From Thermomonas sp. (lineage in GTDB: Bacteria > Pseudomonadota > Gammaproteobacteria > Xanthomonadales > Xanthomonadaceae): a stretch of 64,000 nucleotides of DNA. Made by a program: the position numbers and the translations under genes. Positions 39,511-49,932 of this stretch are shown here, in pieces. The stretch covers positions 26,347 to 90,346 of the forward strand of contig JAIMKJ010000012.1 of the NCBI GenBank assembly GCA_020692565.1, read 5' to 3'. The number at the start of each line of letters is the position of its first letter. Within the stretch, counting starts at the first letter, position 1. The notes beneath the pieces were generated by a model. It had not been told where the DNA came from. It made no database searches and saw only the letters and a list, made by a program, of their open reading frames with translations.

Positions 39511-41097
39511 TCAGCCGCGTACCCGCTCCCAGTCCAGATCGAAGCGGGCGAGGTATTTGCGCAGCCGGTCGGCGTCGTTGGTGCTGCTGCGCTGCGTGCG
39601 CGATACCGCGAACAGCGTGCGTCCGGCGTCGGACAGTGATTTCGCCTGTAGGCAGACGCGTACCACGTCCTCCAGCTGCGTGCGGTCGAAACGATCGAGT
39701 CCGGCGACGCCATCGCCCAGCAGCGCATCCAGCGGCGACGGCGCCCCGCCTTCGCGCCACAGTCCGCGCAATCGCGCGATTTCCTCTTCGACCAGTTCGA
39801 TCTGGATGCGGCCGGCGTTCGCCAGCGTCGCCATGCGCATCACCGCAGCGCCGAGGTCGCGGAAGTTGCCGGCCCAGCGCGCTTCGGGGCTGGTCGCGAA
39901 TGCGAGGAATCGCGTTCGCGCTTCGCGGTTGAACGCGACGCGCTGGTGGTGGTCGCGGCTCCAGCGTTCGAGTTCGAAATCGAGGTTGGGCTCGATGTCT
40001 TCCATGCGCTCCGCCAGGCCCGGCAGGCGATAGGTCCACAGATTGAGTCGCGCCAGCAGGTCGTCGCGGAAGCGGCCCTGCATCACCGCGTTCTGCAGAT
40101 CGCGATTGGTGCCGGCGATCAGCTGGAAGTCGCTTTCGACCTCCTTGTCGCTGCCCACCGGCGGGAAGCGCTTCTCTTCCAGCGCGCGCAGCAACAGCGC
40201 CTGTTCGTCCAGGCCGAGTTCGCCGATCTCGTCGAGGAACAGCAGCCCCTGATGCGCCGAGCGCAGGAAGCCGGCGCGGTCGCTGCCGGCGCCGGTGTAC
40301 GCGCCCTTGATGTGTCCGAACAGCGCGCTCATCGCGCCGTCGCCGCGCAGCGTGGCGCAGTTCACTTCGACGAAGCGTCCGGGCAACTGGTGCTTGAGTT
40401 TCTTCAGCTCGAACACGCGCTTGGCGAGTTGGCTCTTGCCGGCGCCGGTCGGCCCCATCAGCAGCATCGGCGCCTTCGAGCGTGAGGCCACGGTCTCGAT
40501 CTGCTCGATCATCCGGTTGAACGCGGCATTCCGCGTGGCGATGCCGCTTTTCAGCAGATCGCGATCCTCCAGGCGCTGCTGCTGGAAGCGCTGCGCGATC
40601 AGGTCGTACCGCGACAGGTCCAGATCGATGATCGCGAAGCTGCCGCTCTGACCGCGCTCCTGTTTGCGAGGCGGCGACGTCTGCAGCAGCCGGCCGGGGA
40701 AATGCCGGCTCTCGGCGAGCAGGAACCAGCAGATCTGCGCGACGTGCGAACCGGTGGTGATGTGGATGTAGTAGTCCTCATCGTCCGGCTTGAACGCGTA
40801 GCCGCGCAGGAAATCGTGCAGCGTCGCGTAGACGCCTTCGAAATCCCAGGGGTCGGTCAGGAAAGTGTCGTGGCGGCGCAGCGTGGATTCGGGCGAGATC
40901 TGCGCGAAGTCGTCCGCCACCGTCTGCGCAAGCCGGCCGTAGCGGCGCTCATCGACCAGCAGCTCGAAACGATCGACCACGAAGTCCTCGTGCATGCCCA
41001 GCGAGACCGTGGGCCGCCATTTTTCCCAGCGCCCGGGGCCATTGCCGGCGTCGAGCTGGGTGCCGAGCATCCCGAAGATGACTTGCTGCTTGCGCAC
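39511..41097 (-). CDS. rtcR: sigma54-dependent RNA-repair regulator (CARF + AAA+ + HTH)
   Basis: RWEKWRPTV, HITTGSHVAQIC, GPTGAGKS, FLDEIGEL, GNFRDL, NDADRLRKYL. Confidence 0.95.
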   Translation of the reverse strand: MRKQQVIFGMLGTQLDAGNGPGRWEKWRPTVSLGMHEDFVVDRFELLVDERRYGRLAQTVADDFAQISPESTLRRHDTFLTDPWDFEGVYATLHDFLRGYAFKPDDEDYYIHITTGSHVAQICWFLLAESRHFPGRLLQTSPPRKQERGQSGSFAIIDLDLSRYDLIAQRFQQQRLEDRDLLKSGIATRNAAFNRMIEQIETVASRSKAPMLLMGPTGAGKSQLAKRVFELKKLKHQLPGRFVEVNCATLRGDGAMSALFGHIKGAYTGAGSDRAGFLRSAHQGLLFLDEIGELGLDEQALLLRALEEKRFPPVGSDKEVESDFQLIAGTNRDLQNAVMQGRFRDDLLARLNLWTYRLPGLAERMEDIEPNLDFELERWSRDHHQRVAFNREARTRFLAFATSPEARWAGNFRDLGAAVMRMATLANAGRIQIELVEEEIARLRGLWREGGAPSPLDALLGDGVAGLDRFDRTQLEDVVRVCLQAKSLSDAGRTLFAVSRTQRSSTNDADRLRKYLARFDLDWERVRG

Positions 41098-41219
41098 GCG
41101 CTATCCAGATAAAAATTTATCCAACAATATACATTTTCACGGAACGGGCAAGTCGGCCAAGATGGATTTTTTCGATAAATGCCAATTTAAACAACAAGAT
41201 AAGGCCGAATCAGAAAAGC

Positions 41220-41235
41220 TGGCATGGCGATTGCA
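41220..41235 (+). promoter_or_regulatory. sigma54 promoter of rtcBA
   Basis: TGGCATGGCGATTGCA (GG-N10-GC), downstream of an AT-rich segment containing GATAAAAATTTATC. Confidence 0.85.
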
Positions 41236-41395
41236 ATACACGGCTCGAACACGCCGAACATCTCGGCAACAAGCCGGCCACGGCCAAATCGCAAACGATG
41301 TTCAATGCCCGGCCGGCAATGGGGCCGGTCGGGCAGTGGGAGATCGGGCGGGGTCATCGACCCGGCATCATCGGCAACACAAGGCAGAATGCACC

Positions 41396-42622
41396 ATGAC
41401 CACCGAACACTACGATGTCATCCACGATCAGGGCGCCGTGCCGATCAAGCTGTGGACCCGCGGCGTACCGCTGGAAGACGAGGCCCGCAAGCAGTTGCAG
41501 AACATCGCCAGGCTGCCCTTCATCCACCGCTGGATTTCGGTGATGCCCGACGTGCATCTGGGCAAGGGCGCGACCGTGGGTTCGGTGGTGCCGACCATCG
41601 GCGCCATCGTGCCGGCGGCGGTAGGCGTGGATATCGGCTGCGGCATGATCGCGGCGCGCACCACGCTGGTCGCGAGCGATCTTCCGGACAATCTTGCGGA
41701 AGTACGCAGTGCGATCGAACGCGCGGTCCCGCACGGCCGCACCGCGCAGCGACATGCGCGCGACAAGGGCGCATGGGAGAACGCGCCCGAGCTCGCGGTC
41801 GAAGGCTGGTCGCAGCTGGTCGCCGATTTCGAGAAGATCTGCGAGCGTCACCCGCGGCTGAAGAACACCAACAACCTCAAGCACCTCGGTACGCTCGGCA
41901 CCGGCAACCACTTCATCGAAATCTGTCTCGACGAAGCGCAGCGGGTGTGGTTCATGCTGCACTCCGGCTCGCGCGGCGTCGGCAACGCCATCGGCACGCA
42001 CTTCATCACCCTGGCGAAGGAGGAAATGCGTCGCTGGATGATCAACCTGCCGGACCAGGACTTGGCCTATCTGCCGGAAGGCAGCCAGCACTATGCCGAC
42101 TACGTGTTCGCGGTCGACTGGGCGCAGCGTTACGCGCGCATCAACCGCGAAATCATGATGCGGCATGTGGTGGAAGCGGTGCGCAAGGTCATTCCCAAGC
42201 CGTTCGAGGCGCAGGCCGAGGCGGTGAACTGTCACCACAACTACGTCAACCGCGAGCATCACTTCGGCAAGGACGTGCTGGTGACCCGCAAGGGCGCGGT
42301 GAGCGCGCGCAAGGGCGAGCTGGGCATCATCCCGGGCAGCATGGGCGCGAAGAGTTTCATCGTGCGCGGCCTCGGCAATGCCGACAGCTTCCACAGCTGC
42401 AGCCACGGCGCCGGCCGGGTGATGAGCCGCACCCAGGCGAAGAAGCTGATCAGCCTGGACGATCACCTCAAGGCCACCGCGCACGTGGAATGTCGCAAGG
42501 ACGCGGACGTGGTGGACGAATCGCCGGCGGCGTACAAGTCCATCGACGCGGTGATGGAGGCGCAGAAGGATCTGGTCGAGATCGTGCATACGCTTCGACA
42601 GGTGGTCTGCGTGAAGGGGTGA
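41396..42622 (+). CDS. rtcB: RNA 2',3'-cyclic/3'-phosphate ligase
   Basis: MPDVHLGKGATVG, VGVDIGCG, GTLGTGNHF, HSGSRG, CHHNY, SCSHGAGR. Confidence 0.97.
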   Translation: MTTEHYDVIHDQGAVPIKLWTRGVPLEDEARKQLQNIARLPFIHRWISVMPDVHLGKGATVGSVVPTIGAIVPAAVGVDIGCGMIAARTTLVASDLPDNLAEVRSAIERAVPHGRTAQRHARDKGAWENAPELAVEGWSQLVADFEKICERHPRLKNTNNLKHLGTLGTGNHFIEICLDEAQRVWFMLHSGSRGVGNAIGTHFITLAKEEMRRWMINLPDQDLAYLPEGSQHYADYVFAVDWAQRYARINREIMMRHVVEAVRKVIPKPFEAQAEAVNCHHNYVNREHHFGKDVLVTRKGAVSARKGELGIIPGSMGAKSFIVRGLGNADSFHSCSHGAGRVMSRTQAKKLISLDDHLKATAHVECRKDADVVDESPAAYKSIDAVMEAQKDLVEIVHTLRQVVCVKG

Positions 42623-42784
42623 GGGGCAGCATGCATGCGCGGCACTGCCGCGCAGCTGCCCCGAACGCACGCACATGGATGTGCGGGCCGGGCGATCCGA
42701 AGCCTGTCGAATATCGCCATGGATGGCATCGCAGCCGATGGACGAAGTAGAGACACGCGCAGCGCGATGCGCGCAACGAGAGCA

Positions 42785-43822
42785 ATGAGCAGCATGATCG
42801 GGACAGACATGATCGAAATCGATGGCGCGGCCGGCGGCGGACAGCTGCTGCGGACCGCGCTGAGCCTGAGCCTGTGCACCGGCACGGGCTTCACCATGCA
42901 GCAGATCCGCGCGAAGCGTTCGCGTCCGGGACTGATGCGCCAGCATCTGACCGCGGTGAACGCCGCGGCGCGGATCGGCAATGCCTGCACGCACGGCGCC
43001 GAACTCGGCGCGACCACGCTGCGCTTCGAGCCGGGCGTGGTGCTGCCGGGCGATTACGCGTTCGCCACCGGCAGCGCCGGCTCGGCGACGCTGGTGCTGC
43101 AGACCGTATTGCCGCCGCTGTGGCGCTGCGATGCGCCGTCGCGCCTGCGCCTGGAAGGCGGCACCCATAATCCGCTGGCGCCGAGCGCCGATTTCATCGC
43201 CGACAGCTATCTGCCGGCGCTGGCGCGCATCGGTATCGAGGCGTCGATCGCACTGGAACGTCCGGGCTTCGCCCCGGCCGGCGGCGGCATCCTGCATGCG
43301 ACGGTGTCGCCCGCGCCGACGTTGCGCCACGCGGACTTCATCGAACGCGGCGAACTGCTGTCGATCGATGCGGTGGCGATGCTGTCGGGCCTGGCGATGA
43401 GCATCGGCGAGCGCGAGCTGGAGACGCTCGCGAAGCGCCTGCAGTTGAAGTCGGAGGCCCTGCATCTGCGTGAAGTGCGTCCGTCGCTTGGCCCGGGCAA
43501 TGCGCTGCTGTTGAAAATACGTCATGCACATCACGACGAAACCTTCACCGGTCACGGCGAGCGTGCGCTCTCCGCCGAAAAGGTCGCGACGCGGCTTGCG
43601 GGCGAAGCGCGGACGTATCTGAAAAGCGGCGCCTGTGTGGCCGAGCATCTTTCCGACCAGTTGCTGTTGCCGATGGCGCTGGCCGGCGGCGGCGCGTTCA
43701 CCACGCATACGGTCAGCGATCATCTGCGCAGCAATGCGCGTCTGATCGAGAAGTTCCTGCCGGTGGAGATCGAATGGACGGAACAGCGCGGGGATCTGTG
43801 GCGGGTGACGGTCGCGTCGTAG
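42785..43822 (+). CDS. rtcA: RNA 3'-terminal phosphate cyclase
   Basis: GGGQLLRTAL, GLMRQHL, GSATLVLQT, GGTHNP, HLSDQLLLPMAL, SDHLRSN (His); start could also be 42809. Confidence 0.93.
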   Translation: MSSMIGTDMIEIDGAAGGGQLLRTALSLSLCTGTGFTMQQIRAKRSRPGLMRQHLTAVNAAARIGNACTHGAELGATTLRFEPGVVLPGDYAFATGSAGSATLVLQTVLPPLWRCDAPSRLRLEGGTHNPLAPSADFIADSYLPALARIGIEASIALERPGFAPAGGGILHATVSPAPTLRHADFIERGELLSIDAVAMLSGLAMSIGERELETLAKRLQLKSEALHLREVRPSLGPGNALLLKIRHAHHDETFTGHGERALSAEKVATRLAGEARTYLKSGACVAEHLSDQLLLPMALAGGGAFTTHTVSDHLRSNARLIEKFLPVEIEWTEQRGDLWRVTVAS

Positions 43823-43888
43823 AACACCGATGGCCTTCCAACGGGATCGCCACGACGATCCTGCTGCGAGTCGAAGCGTCCCGCCGCG

Positions 43889-44590
43889 TCAGCCGCCGTT
43901 GTCGCGCAGCTTCAGGCCCACGCCGGGCTCGGTCACGATCCAGCGCGGTGCGGCGGCATCGTCGCCGAGCTTCTGGCGCAGTTTGGCGACCAGGATCCGC
44001 AGATAGTGGGTGTCTTCTTCGTGGGTCGGCCCCCACAGTTCGCGCAGCAGTTGCGGTTGGGTCACGACCCGACCGGCGTTGCGCGCCAGCATCGCCAGCA
44101 GCGCGAACTCCTTGCGGGTCAGCGCGACCGGCTGTCCCTCCACGAACACTTCGCGTCGTGCCAGATCGATCCGCAGCGTGTCCAGCGTGTAGACGGGCGA
44201 ATCGTGCTCCGGCCCGGCGGCGGCGGCGCGCAGCAGTGCGCGGATGCGCGCCATCAGCTCCTGTATGCCGAACGGTTTGGTCACGTAGTCGTTGGCGCCG
44301 GCATCCAGCGCGGCGACTTTCTCCGCCTCGCCAGCGCGCACGGTGAGCATGATCACCGGCACCGCCGACCATTGCCGCAGTTCGCGCAACACTGAATGGC
44401 CGTCGCGGTCCGGCAGGCCGAGATCCAGGATCACCAGATCGGCGCCCTGCGTCGCGAGTGTGGCCAGACCGGTTTCGCCGTTCTCGGCCTGATGCACGAC
44501 ATAGCCCTGCGCGCGCAGGCTGATCTCCAGGAATTTCCGGATCTGGGGTTCGTCGTCGATGACCAGGATGCGGAGCGGTAGCGGCGTCAT
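43889..44590 (-). CDS. kdpE: Response regulator KdpE
   Basis: LVIDDEPQIR, LDLGLPD, DYVTKPFG, winged-helix domain; kdp operon context. Confidence 0.93.
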   Translation of the reverse strand: MTPLPLRILVIDDEPQIRKFLEISLRAQGYVVHQAENGETGLATLATQGADLVILDLGLPDRDGHSVLRELRQWSAVPVIMLTVRAGEAEKVAALDAGANDYVTKPFGIQELMARIRALLRAAAAGPEHDSPVYTLDTLRIDLARREVFVEGQPVALTRKEFALLAMLARNAGRVVTQPQLLRELWGPTHEEDTHYLRILVAKLRQKLGDDAAAPRWIVTEPGVGLKLRDNGG

Positions 44591-44600
44591 GCGATGGCGG

Positions 44601-47261
44601 TCATGCCGGAGCGGGTTGCAGTCTCGGCAGCGTAATCCGAATCGTGGTGCCGCGGCCACGTCCGCCGGGCAAGGCTTCGACGCTGCCGCCGTGCGCGCCG
44701 ATCATGCCCTGGCAGATGGTCAGCCCCAGGCCGGTGCCTTCGCGCCCACGGTCGCCACGCTCCACGCTGTAGAACATGTCGAAGATGCGCTGGCGCTCGT
44801 CTTCGGGAATGCCCGGGCCGCTGTCGGTCACATCGATGCGCAGCGCACCGCTGCCATCGTCCATCGCTTCAATGGCGACTGCGGCGCCCGGCGGCGAGAA
44901 CTTCGCGGCGTTCTCGATCACGTTGAACAGCGCCTGCTCCACCAGCGCGGGATGCACCCAGAGCGGTGCGAGGCCTTCGGCGATCCGCAATTCGCAGTGC
45001 GCATCGGGCTGGTAGCGTTTCAGCCGGCCCACGGCCGAACCGATCAATTCGTCCACGCCGATCCAGTCGCGATTCAGCGACAGCCCGCCGTGGCCCAGCC
45101 GGGTCATGTCGAGCAGATTCTGGATGTAGCGGTCCAGGCGCTCGCCCTCGATGCGAATGGTGTCGAGCAGATCGGCGCGATCCTTCGCGTCCATCTGCGC
45201 GCCATAGTGTTCCAGGCTGGACGCCGAACCGATGATCGACGCCAGTGGCGAGCGCAGATCGTGCGACACCGACGACAGCAGCGCCGAGCGAAGACGTTCG
45301 GTTTCCCCGGCCACGCGCGCGTCCTCCAGATCGGAGACCAGCCGCGTGCGCAACACCGACTGGGCGATGTCGTCGATCATCGCTTCGGCCAGGCGGCGCT
45401 GTTCGGAAGTGAGGCGCGTCGCCCCGGTCACGAAGCGCAGACCGACCACGCCGAGCGTGCGCGCGTTGCCCAGCAGCGGCAGGAACCACCAGTCGACCCC
45501 CGACAGCGTATCGGTGTAGCGGCCGGCGGGCTGCCCGTGCTTCAAGACCCAATCCGCCGCCGAGCCGGCTTTCTGGTCCATGCCGACCTCGGCATCCGGT
45601 TGCAGCGGATCGATGCCCAGATGCACGACGACATCGGCATCGAGCGCGCGGCGCAGCGCGACCCGCGCCGCCTGCTCGACCTGCCGCGGGTCGGCGGCGC
45701 TGGCGAGATCGCGGCTGAGCGATTGCAGCGCGGTCGCGTGCGCGTTGGCTGCGCGCAATGCGATCACCTGCGAACGCAGTTTCGCGGCCAGCCGCCCGGC
45801 CAGCAGCGCCGCACCCAGGAACAGCAGCACGGTGGTCACGCCGCGGTGGGCGCTGATATAGAACGTGAATCGCGGCGCGATGAAGAAGAAGTTGTAGGCC
45901 AGAAAGCACAGCATCGCCGCCAGCACCGCCGCGGCCATGCGCGTGCGGGTAGCGACGATCAGTACCCCGACGATGAAGACCATCGACAGATCGGTCAGGC
46001 CGAGCCAGCGTTCGGCGACGCCGGCCACCACCACCGCCAGCACCGAGCACAGCACCGCAAACCCCATGTCCCCGGCGCGCAGGGTGTCGCGGGTGTCGCC
46101 GAACCAGCGCCGCGCCTGTGCGCGCGCCTCCGGCGAACTGACGATGGTCAGTTCGTAATGCGCGCCGCGCTGCAGCAGTTGTTGGGTGATGGTGCGATTG
46201 AGCATGCGCGCGAACGGACGCTCGCGGGTCCGGCCGACGATGATCGCGGACGCGCCGCTGCGCGAGGCGTGATCCAGCAGCGCGTCCACCACGTTGGCAC
46301 CATGCAGCAGCTCCGCACTGCCGCCCAGCCGGCGCGCCAGCGCGAACGCACGCTCGATCTCCTGCTGCGCTTCCGGTCTGGATTCGCCGATCTGCACGCT
46401 GACCACCGTCCACGGCGCATCGCGGCGCTCGGCGATGCGGCGGGCGATCCGCACCAGATACTCCGATTGGCCGCGGCCGTCGATCGCCACCAGCACCTGT
46501 CGGCGCAGATTCAGTGCCGGCTCGCCGTGCGCGGTGCGCGCCTCGCGCAGATCGCTGTCGACCCGGTCCGCCGCCGTCTGCATCGCCAGTTCGCGCAGCG
46601 CGGCGAGGTTCGCCGGCACGAAGAACGACTGCAGCGCCTGCGCCGCGTGATCGGGCAGATAGACCTTGCCCTGATTGAGGCGTTCGATCAGTTCGTCCGG
46701 CGGCAGGTCCACCAGCACGATGTCGCGCAGCCGGTCGAACACAGAATCGGGCACCGTTTCGGCGACGCGCACGCCGGTGATGCGGTGCACGACATCGTTG
46801 AGGCTTTCGAGATGCTGGATGTTGATCGTGGTGTGGACGTCGATCCCGGCGTCCAGCAGTTCCATCACGTCCTGCCAGCGCCGCTCGTGGCGGCTGCCCG
46901 GCGCATTGCGATGCGCCAGTTCGTCGACCAGCGCGACCTGCGGCCGGCGCGCCAGCAGCGCGTCGAGATCCATTTCCTCCAGGGTGCGGTCGCGGTAAGC
47001 CACGCGGCGGCGCGGCAGCACTTCCAGACCTTCCAGCATCGCCGCGGTATCGACGCGGCCGTGGGTTTCCACCAGGCCGACCGCGACATCGATCCCGCGA
47101 TGTTTCAGGTCGCGCGCCCGCCCGAGCATCGCGCAGGTCTTGCCCACGCCCGGCGCCGCACCGAGGAACACCGTCAGCCGTCCGCCGCGCTGACGCTTGA
47201 GTTCGCCGATCAGGGCATCGGCCTGCTGTTGGCGCTGCGCAGCGTTGCGGGCGTCGTTCAT
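44601..47261 (-). CDS. kdpD: Sensor histidine kinase KdpD
   Basis: FLGAAPGVGKT, VDELAH, TTINIQHLESLND, USP domain, TM helices, SVSHDLRSPL. Confidence 0.96.
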   Translation of the reverse strand: MNDARNAAQRQQQADALIGELKRQRGGRLTVFLGAAPGVGKTCAMLGRARDLKHRGIDVAVGLVETHGRVDTAAMLEGLEVLPRRRVAYRDRTLEEMDLDALLARRPQVALVDELAHRNAPGSRHERRWQDVMELLDAGIDVHTTINIQHLESLNDVVHRITGVRVAETVPDSVFDRLRDIVLVDLPPDELIERLNQGKVYLPDHAAQALQSFFVPANLAALRELAMQTAADRVDSDLREARTAHGEPALNLRRQVLVAIDGRGQSEYLVRIARRIAERRDAPWTVVSVQIGESRPEAQQEIERAFALARRLGGSAELLHGANVVDALLDHASRSGASAIIVGRTRERPFARMLNRTITQQLLQRGAHYELTIVSSPEARAQARRWFGDTRDTLRAGDMGFAVLCSVLAVVVAGVAERWLGLTDLSMVFIVGVLIVATRTRMAAAVLAAMLCFLAYNFFFIAPRFTFYISAHRGVTTVLLFLGAALLAGRLAAKLRSQVIALRAANAHATALQSLSRDLASAADPRQVEQAARVALRRALDADVVVHLGIDPLQPDAEVGMDQKAGSAADWVLKHGQPAGRYTDTLSGVDWWFLPLLGNARTLGVVGLRFVTGATRLTSEQRRLAEAMIDDIAQSVLRTRLVSDLEDARVAGETERLRSALLSSVSHDLRSPLASIIGSASSLEHYGAQMDAKDRADLLDTIRIEGERLDRYIQNLLDMTRLGHGGLSLNRDWIGVDELIGSAVGRLKRYQPDAHCELRIAEGLAPLWVHPALVEQALFNVIENAAKFSPPGAAVAIEAMDDGSGALRIDVTDSGPGIPEDERQRIFDMFYSVERGDRGREGTGLGLTICQGMIGAHGGSVEALPGGRGRGTTIRITLPRLQPAPA

Positions 47262-47282
47262 CGGATCATTGTCGCGCGGCGG

Positions 47283-47873
47283 TCACCGCAGCGCATCCAG
47301 CGCGAGATTCAGCTCGACCACGTTCACGCGCGGCTGGCCGAGCACGCCGAACTGCGGCGCTTCGACCGTGCGTTCGACCAGCCCGGCGACGGCGGCGACC
47401 GTCAAGCCGCGCGCCCTGGCGACGCGCGCGATCTGCACCCGCGCGGCGGCCGGCGAGAGATGGGGGTCCAGCCCGCTGCCGGAGCGGGTCGCGAGATCGG
47501 CCGGCACCTGCGCCGACGTGATGCCCTCGCGCGCGGCGACCGCGGCGATCTGGTCATCGATGGTCCTGATGAGATCGGGATGGGTACGCGCCTGATTGCT
47601 GCCGGCGGCGGCCATCGGGTCGTAGCCCGCGGCCGACGGACGCGGATGGAAATAGCGCGCGTCGGCGAACGGCTGGGCGACCCAGCGCGACGCGACCGGC
47701 TTGCCGTCGCGGACCAGCAGGCTGCCGGTGGACTGCTGTGGGAACAGCAGTCCGCCCAGCGATGCGACGCCCGCCGAATACAGAAAACCGAAACCGAGCA
47801 GGGCGACGGCGGCCATCGTCAGCGCCGGGCGCCAGGCGCCGCGTGTGATCAACGTTTGGGAAGACGTTTGCAT
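47283..47873 (-). CDS. kdpC: K+-transporting ATPase subunit C
   Basis: YFHPRPSA, GSNQA, SGSGLDPHLSP, VNVVELNLALD. Confidence 0.95.
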   Translation of the reverse strand: MQTSSQTLITRGAWRPALTMAAVALLGFGFLYSAGVASLGGLLFPQQSTGSLLVRDGKPVASRWVAQPFADARYFHPRPSAAGYDPMAAAGSNQARTHPDLIRTIDDQIAAVAAREGITSAQVPADLATRSGSGLDPHLSPAAARVQIARVARARGLTVAAVAGLVERTVEAPQFGVLGQPRVNVVELNLALDALR

Positions 47874-47874
47874 A

Positions 47875-49932
47875 TCAGCCTCCGAATGCAGAGAGGAGCA
47901 GATCGATCAGCTTGATCGCGACGAACGGCAGCAGCATGCCGCCGACGCCGTACAGCAGCATGTTCCGGCGCAGCAGCGACACCGCGGTGGCCGGGCGGAA
48001 TCGCACGCCTTTCAGCGCCAGCGGGATCAGCGCCGGAATGATCAGCGCGTTGAAGATCAGCGCCGCCAGCACCGCGTTGTGCGGGCTGGACAGCTGCATC
48101 ACGTTCAGCGCGGCCATCGATGGAATGGCGGCGGCGAACATCGCCGGCAGGATCGCAAAATACTTCGACACGTCGTTCGCCAGCGAGAACGTGGTCAGCG
48201 CGCCGCGGGTGATCAACTGCTGCTTGCCGACTTCCACCACCGCCAGCAGTTTCGCCGGATCGTTGTCCAGATCGACCATGTTGCCGGCTTCCTTCGCCGC
48301 CTGCGTGCCGGAGTTCATCGCCAGTCCCACATCGGCCTGCGCCAGCGCCGGAGCGTCGTTGGTGCCGTCGCCGACCATCGCCACCAGCCGGCCCTGCGCC
48401 TGTTCCTCGCGGATGCGCGCCAGCTTGTCTTCCGGACGCGCCTCGGCGATGTAGTCGTCGACGCCGGCTTCGGCGGCGATCGCTGCGGCGGTGAGCGGAT
48501 TGTCGCCGGTGATCATCACCGTGCGGATGCCCATCCCGCGCAGCCGCGCGAAGCGTTCCTTCACGCCATGCTTCACCACGTCCGACAGCTCGATCACGCC
48601 GAGCACGAACGGACCTTCCGCCACCACCAGCGGCGTGGCGCCGCCGCGCGCGATCTGTTCGACGCGCGCACCCAGTTCCACCGGCACGCTGCCGCCGAGC
48701 GCCTGCACGTGACGGGCGATGGCGTCGCCGGCGCCCTTGCGGATGCTGCGCGCCAGCGTACCTTCGCCGGCCGGCAGATCCACGCCCGACATCCGCGTCT
48801 GCGCGCTGAACTGCACGAACTGCGCACGCTCGGGATCGACCAGAGTCGCGCCCTGGGCTACCGCCAGCTTCACTACCGACTTGCCTTCCGGCGTGGGGTC
48901 CGCAAGCGAGGACAGCATCGCCGCATCGCGCAACTCGTCGGCAGAAACCCCACTGATCGCGTAGAAACGCGTCGCCTGGCGGTCGCCGTGGGTGATGGTG
49001 CCGGTCTTGTCCAGCAACAGTACGTCGACGTCGCCGGCGATCTCCACCGCCTTGCCGGATTTCGCCAGCACGTTCGCCGACAGCGCGCGGTTCATGCCGG
49101 CGATGCCGATCGCCGGCAGCAGGCCGCCGATGGTGGTCGGGATCAGGCACACCAGCAGCGCGATCAACAGCAGCGGATCGAGCGTGGCGCCGACGAAAGC
49201 CGCGATGAGGGGCAGCGTGGCGACCACGATCAGGAACGTCAGCGTCATCGCCGCGAGCAGCATGGTCAGCGCGATCTCGTTCGGGGTTTTCTGGCGGTTG
49301 GCGCCTTCCACCAGCGCGATCATGCGGTCGAGGAAACTGCCGCCGGGTTCGGCGCTGATCTCGATCACGATTTCGTCGGACAGCACCTTGGTGCCGCCGA
49401 TCACGCTGCTGCGGTCGGTGCCGGCTTCGCGCAGCACCGGCGCGGATTCGCCGGTGACCGCGGCTTCGTTGACCGTCGCCAATCCCTGGATGATTTCGCC
49501 GTCGGCCGGTACCAGTTCGCCCGCCGACACGATCACGCGATCGCCACGGCGCAATTGCGACGCGGGAATACGGGTTTCGGCATGGTGGTCGTCGAGCTTG
49601 CGCGCGACCAGATCCTTGCGCGCGGCGCGCAAGGCCGCCGCCTGGCCGCGGCCGCGTGCTTCGGCGACGGCTTCGGCGAAGTTGCCGAACAGCACGGTGA
49701 TCAACAGGATGGCGGTCACCGCAAGACCGTAGCCGAGCGGCGCATGGCCGGTCACGGTGATCAATGCCGAGATCAGCGTGCCCAGCAGCACGATCGCCAT
49801 GACCGGGCTTTTGATCGCATGCCGCGGCGCGAGCTTGCGCACGGCCTCGCGGCAGGCGAAGCGGACGCCGGCGGCATCAAGGCCGGCGATGGCGGCACGG
49901 CGCTGCGTGCCGAGATGGGGAGAGGCGTTCAT
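47875..49932 (-). CDS. kdpB: K+-transporting ATPase subunit B
   Basis: [39 protein letters not shown]. Confidence 0.97.
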   Translation of the reverse strand: MNASPHLGTQRRAAIAGLDAAGVRFACREAVRKLAPRHAIKSPVMAIVLLGTLISALITVTGHAPLGYGLAVTAILLITVLFGNFAEAVAEARGRGQAAALRAARKDLVARKLDDHHAETRIPASQLRRGDRVIVSAGELVPADGEIIQGLATVNEAAVTGESAPVLREAGTDRSSVIGGTKVLSDEIVIEISAEPGGSFLDRMIALVEGANRQKTPNEIALTMLLAAMTLTFLIVVATLPLIAAFVGATLDPLLLIALLVCLIPTTIGGLLPAIGIAGMNRALSANVLAKSGKAVEIAGDVDVLLLDKTGTITHGDRQATRFYAISGVSADELRDAAMLSSLADPTPEGKSVVKLAVAQGATLVDPERAQFVQFSAQTRMSGVDLPAGEGTLARSIRKGAGDAIARHVQALGGSVPVELGARVEQIARGGATPLVVAEGPFVLGVIELSDVVKHGVKERFARLRGMGIRTVMITGDNPLTAAAIAAEAGVDDYIAEARPEDKLARIREEQAQGRLVAMVGDGTNDAPALAQADVGLAMNSGTQAAKEAGNMVDLDNDPAKLLAVVEVGKQQLITRGALTTFSLANDVSKYFAILPAMFAAAIPSMAALNVMQLSSPHNAVLAALIFNALIIPALIPLALKGVRFRPATAVSLLRRNMLLYGVGGMLLPFVAIKLIDLLLSAFGG

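Noticed and set aside
41290-41320. tRNA-like or Y RNA because of GTTCAAT
   Set aside because: No T-arm stem flanks the loop, no cloverleaf, and no Ro60 gene nearby
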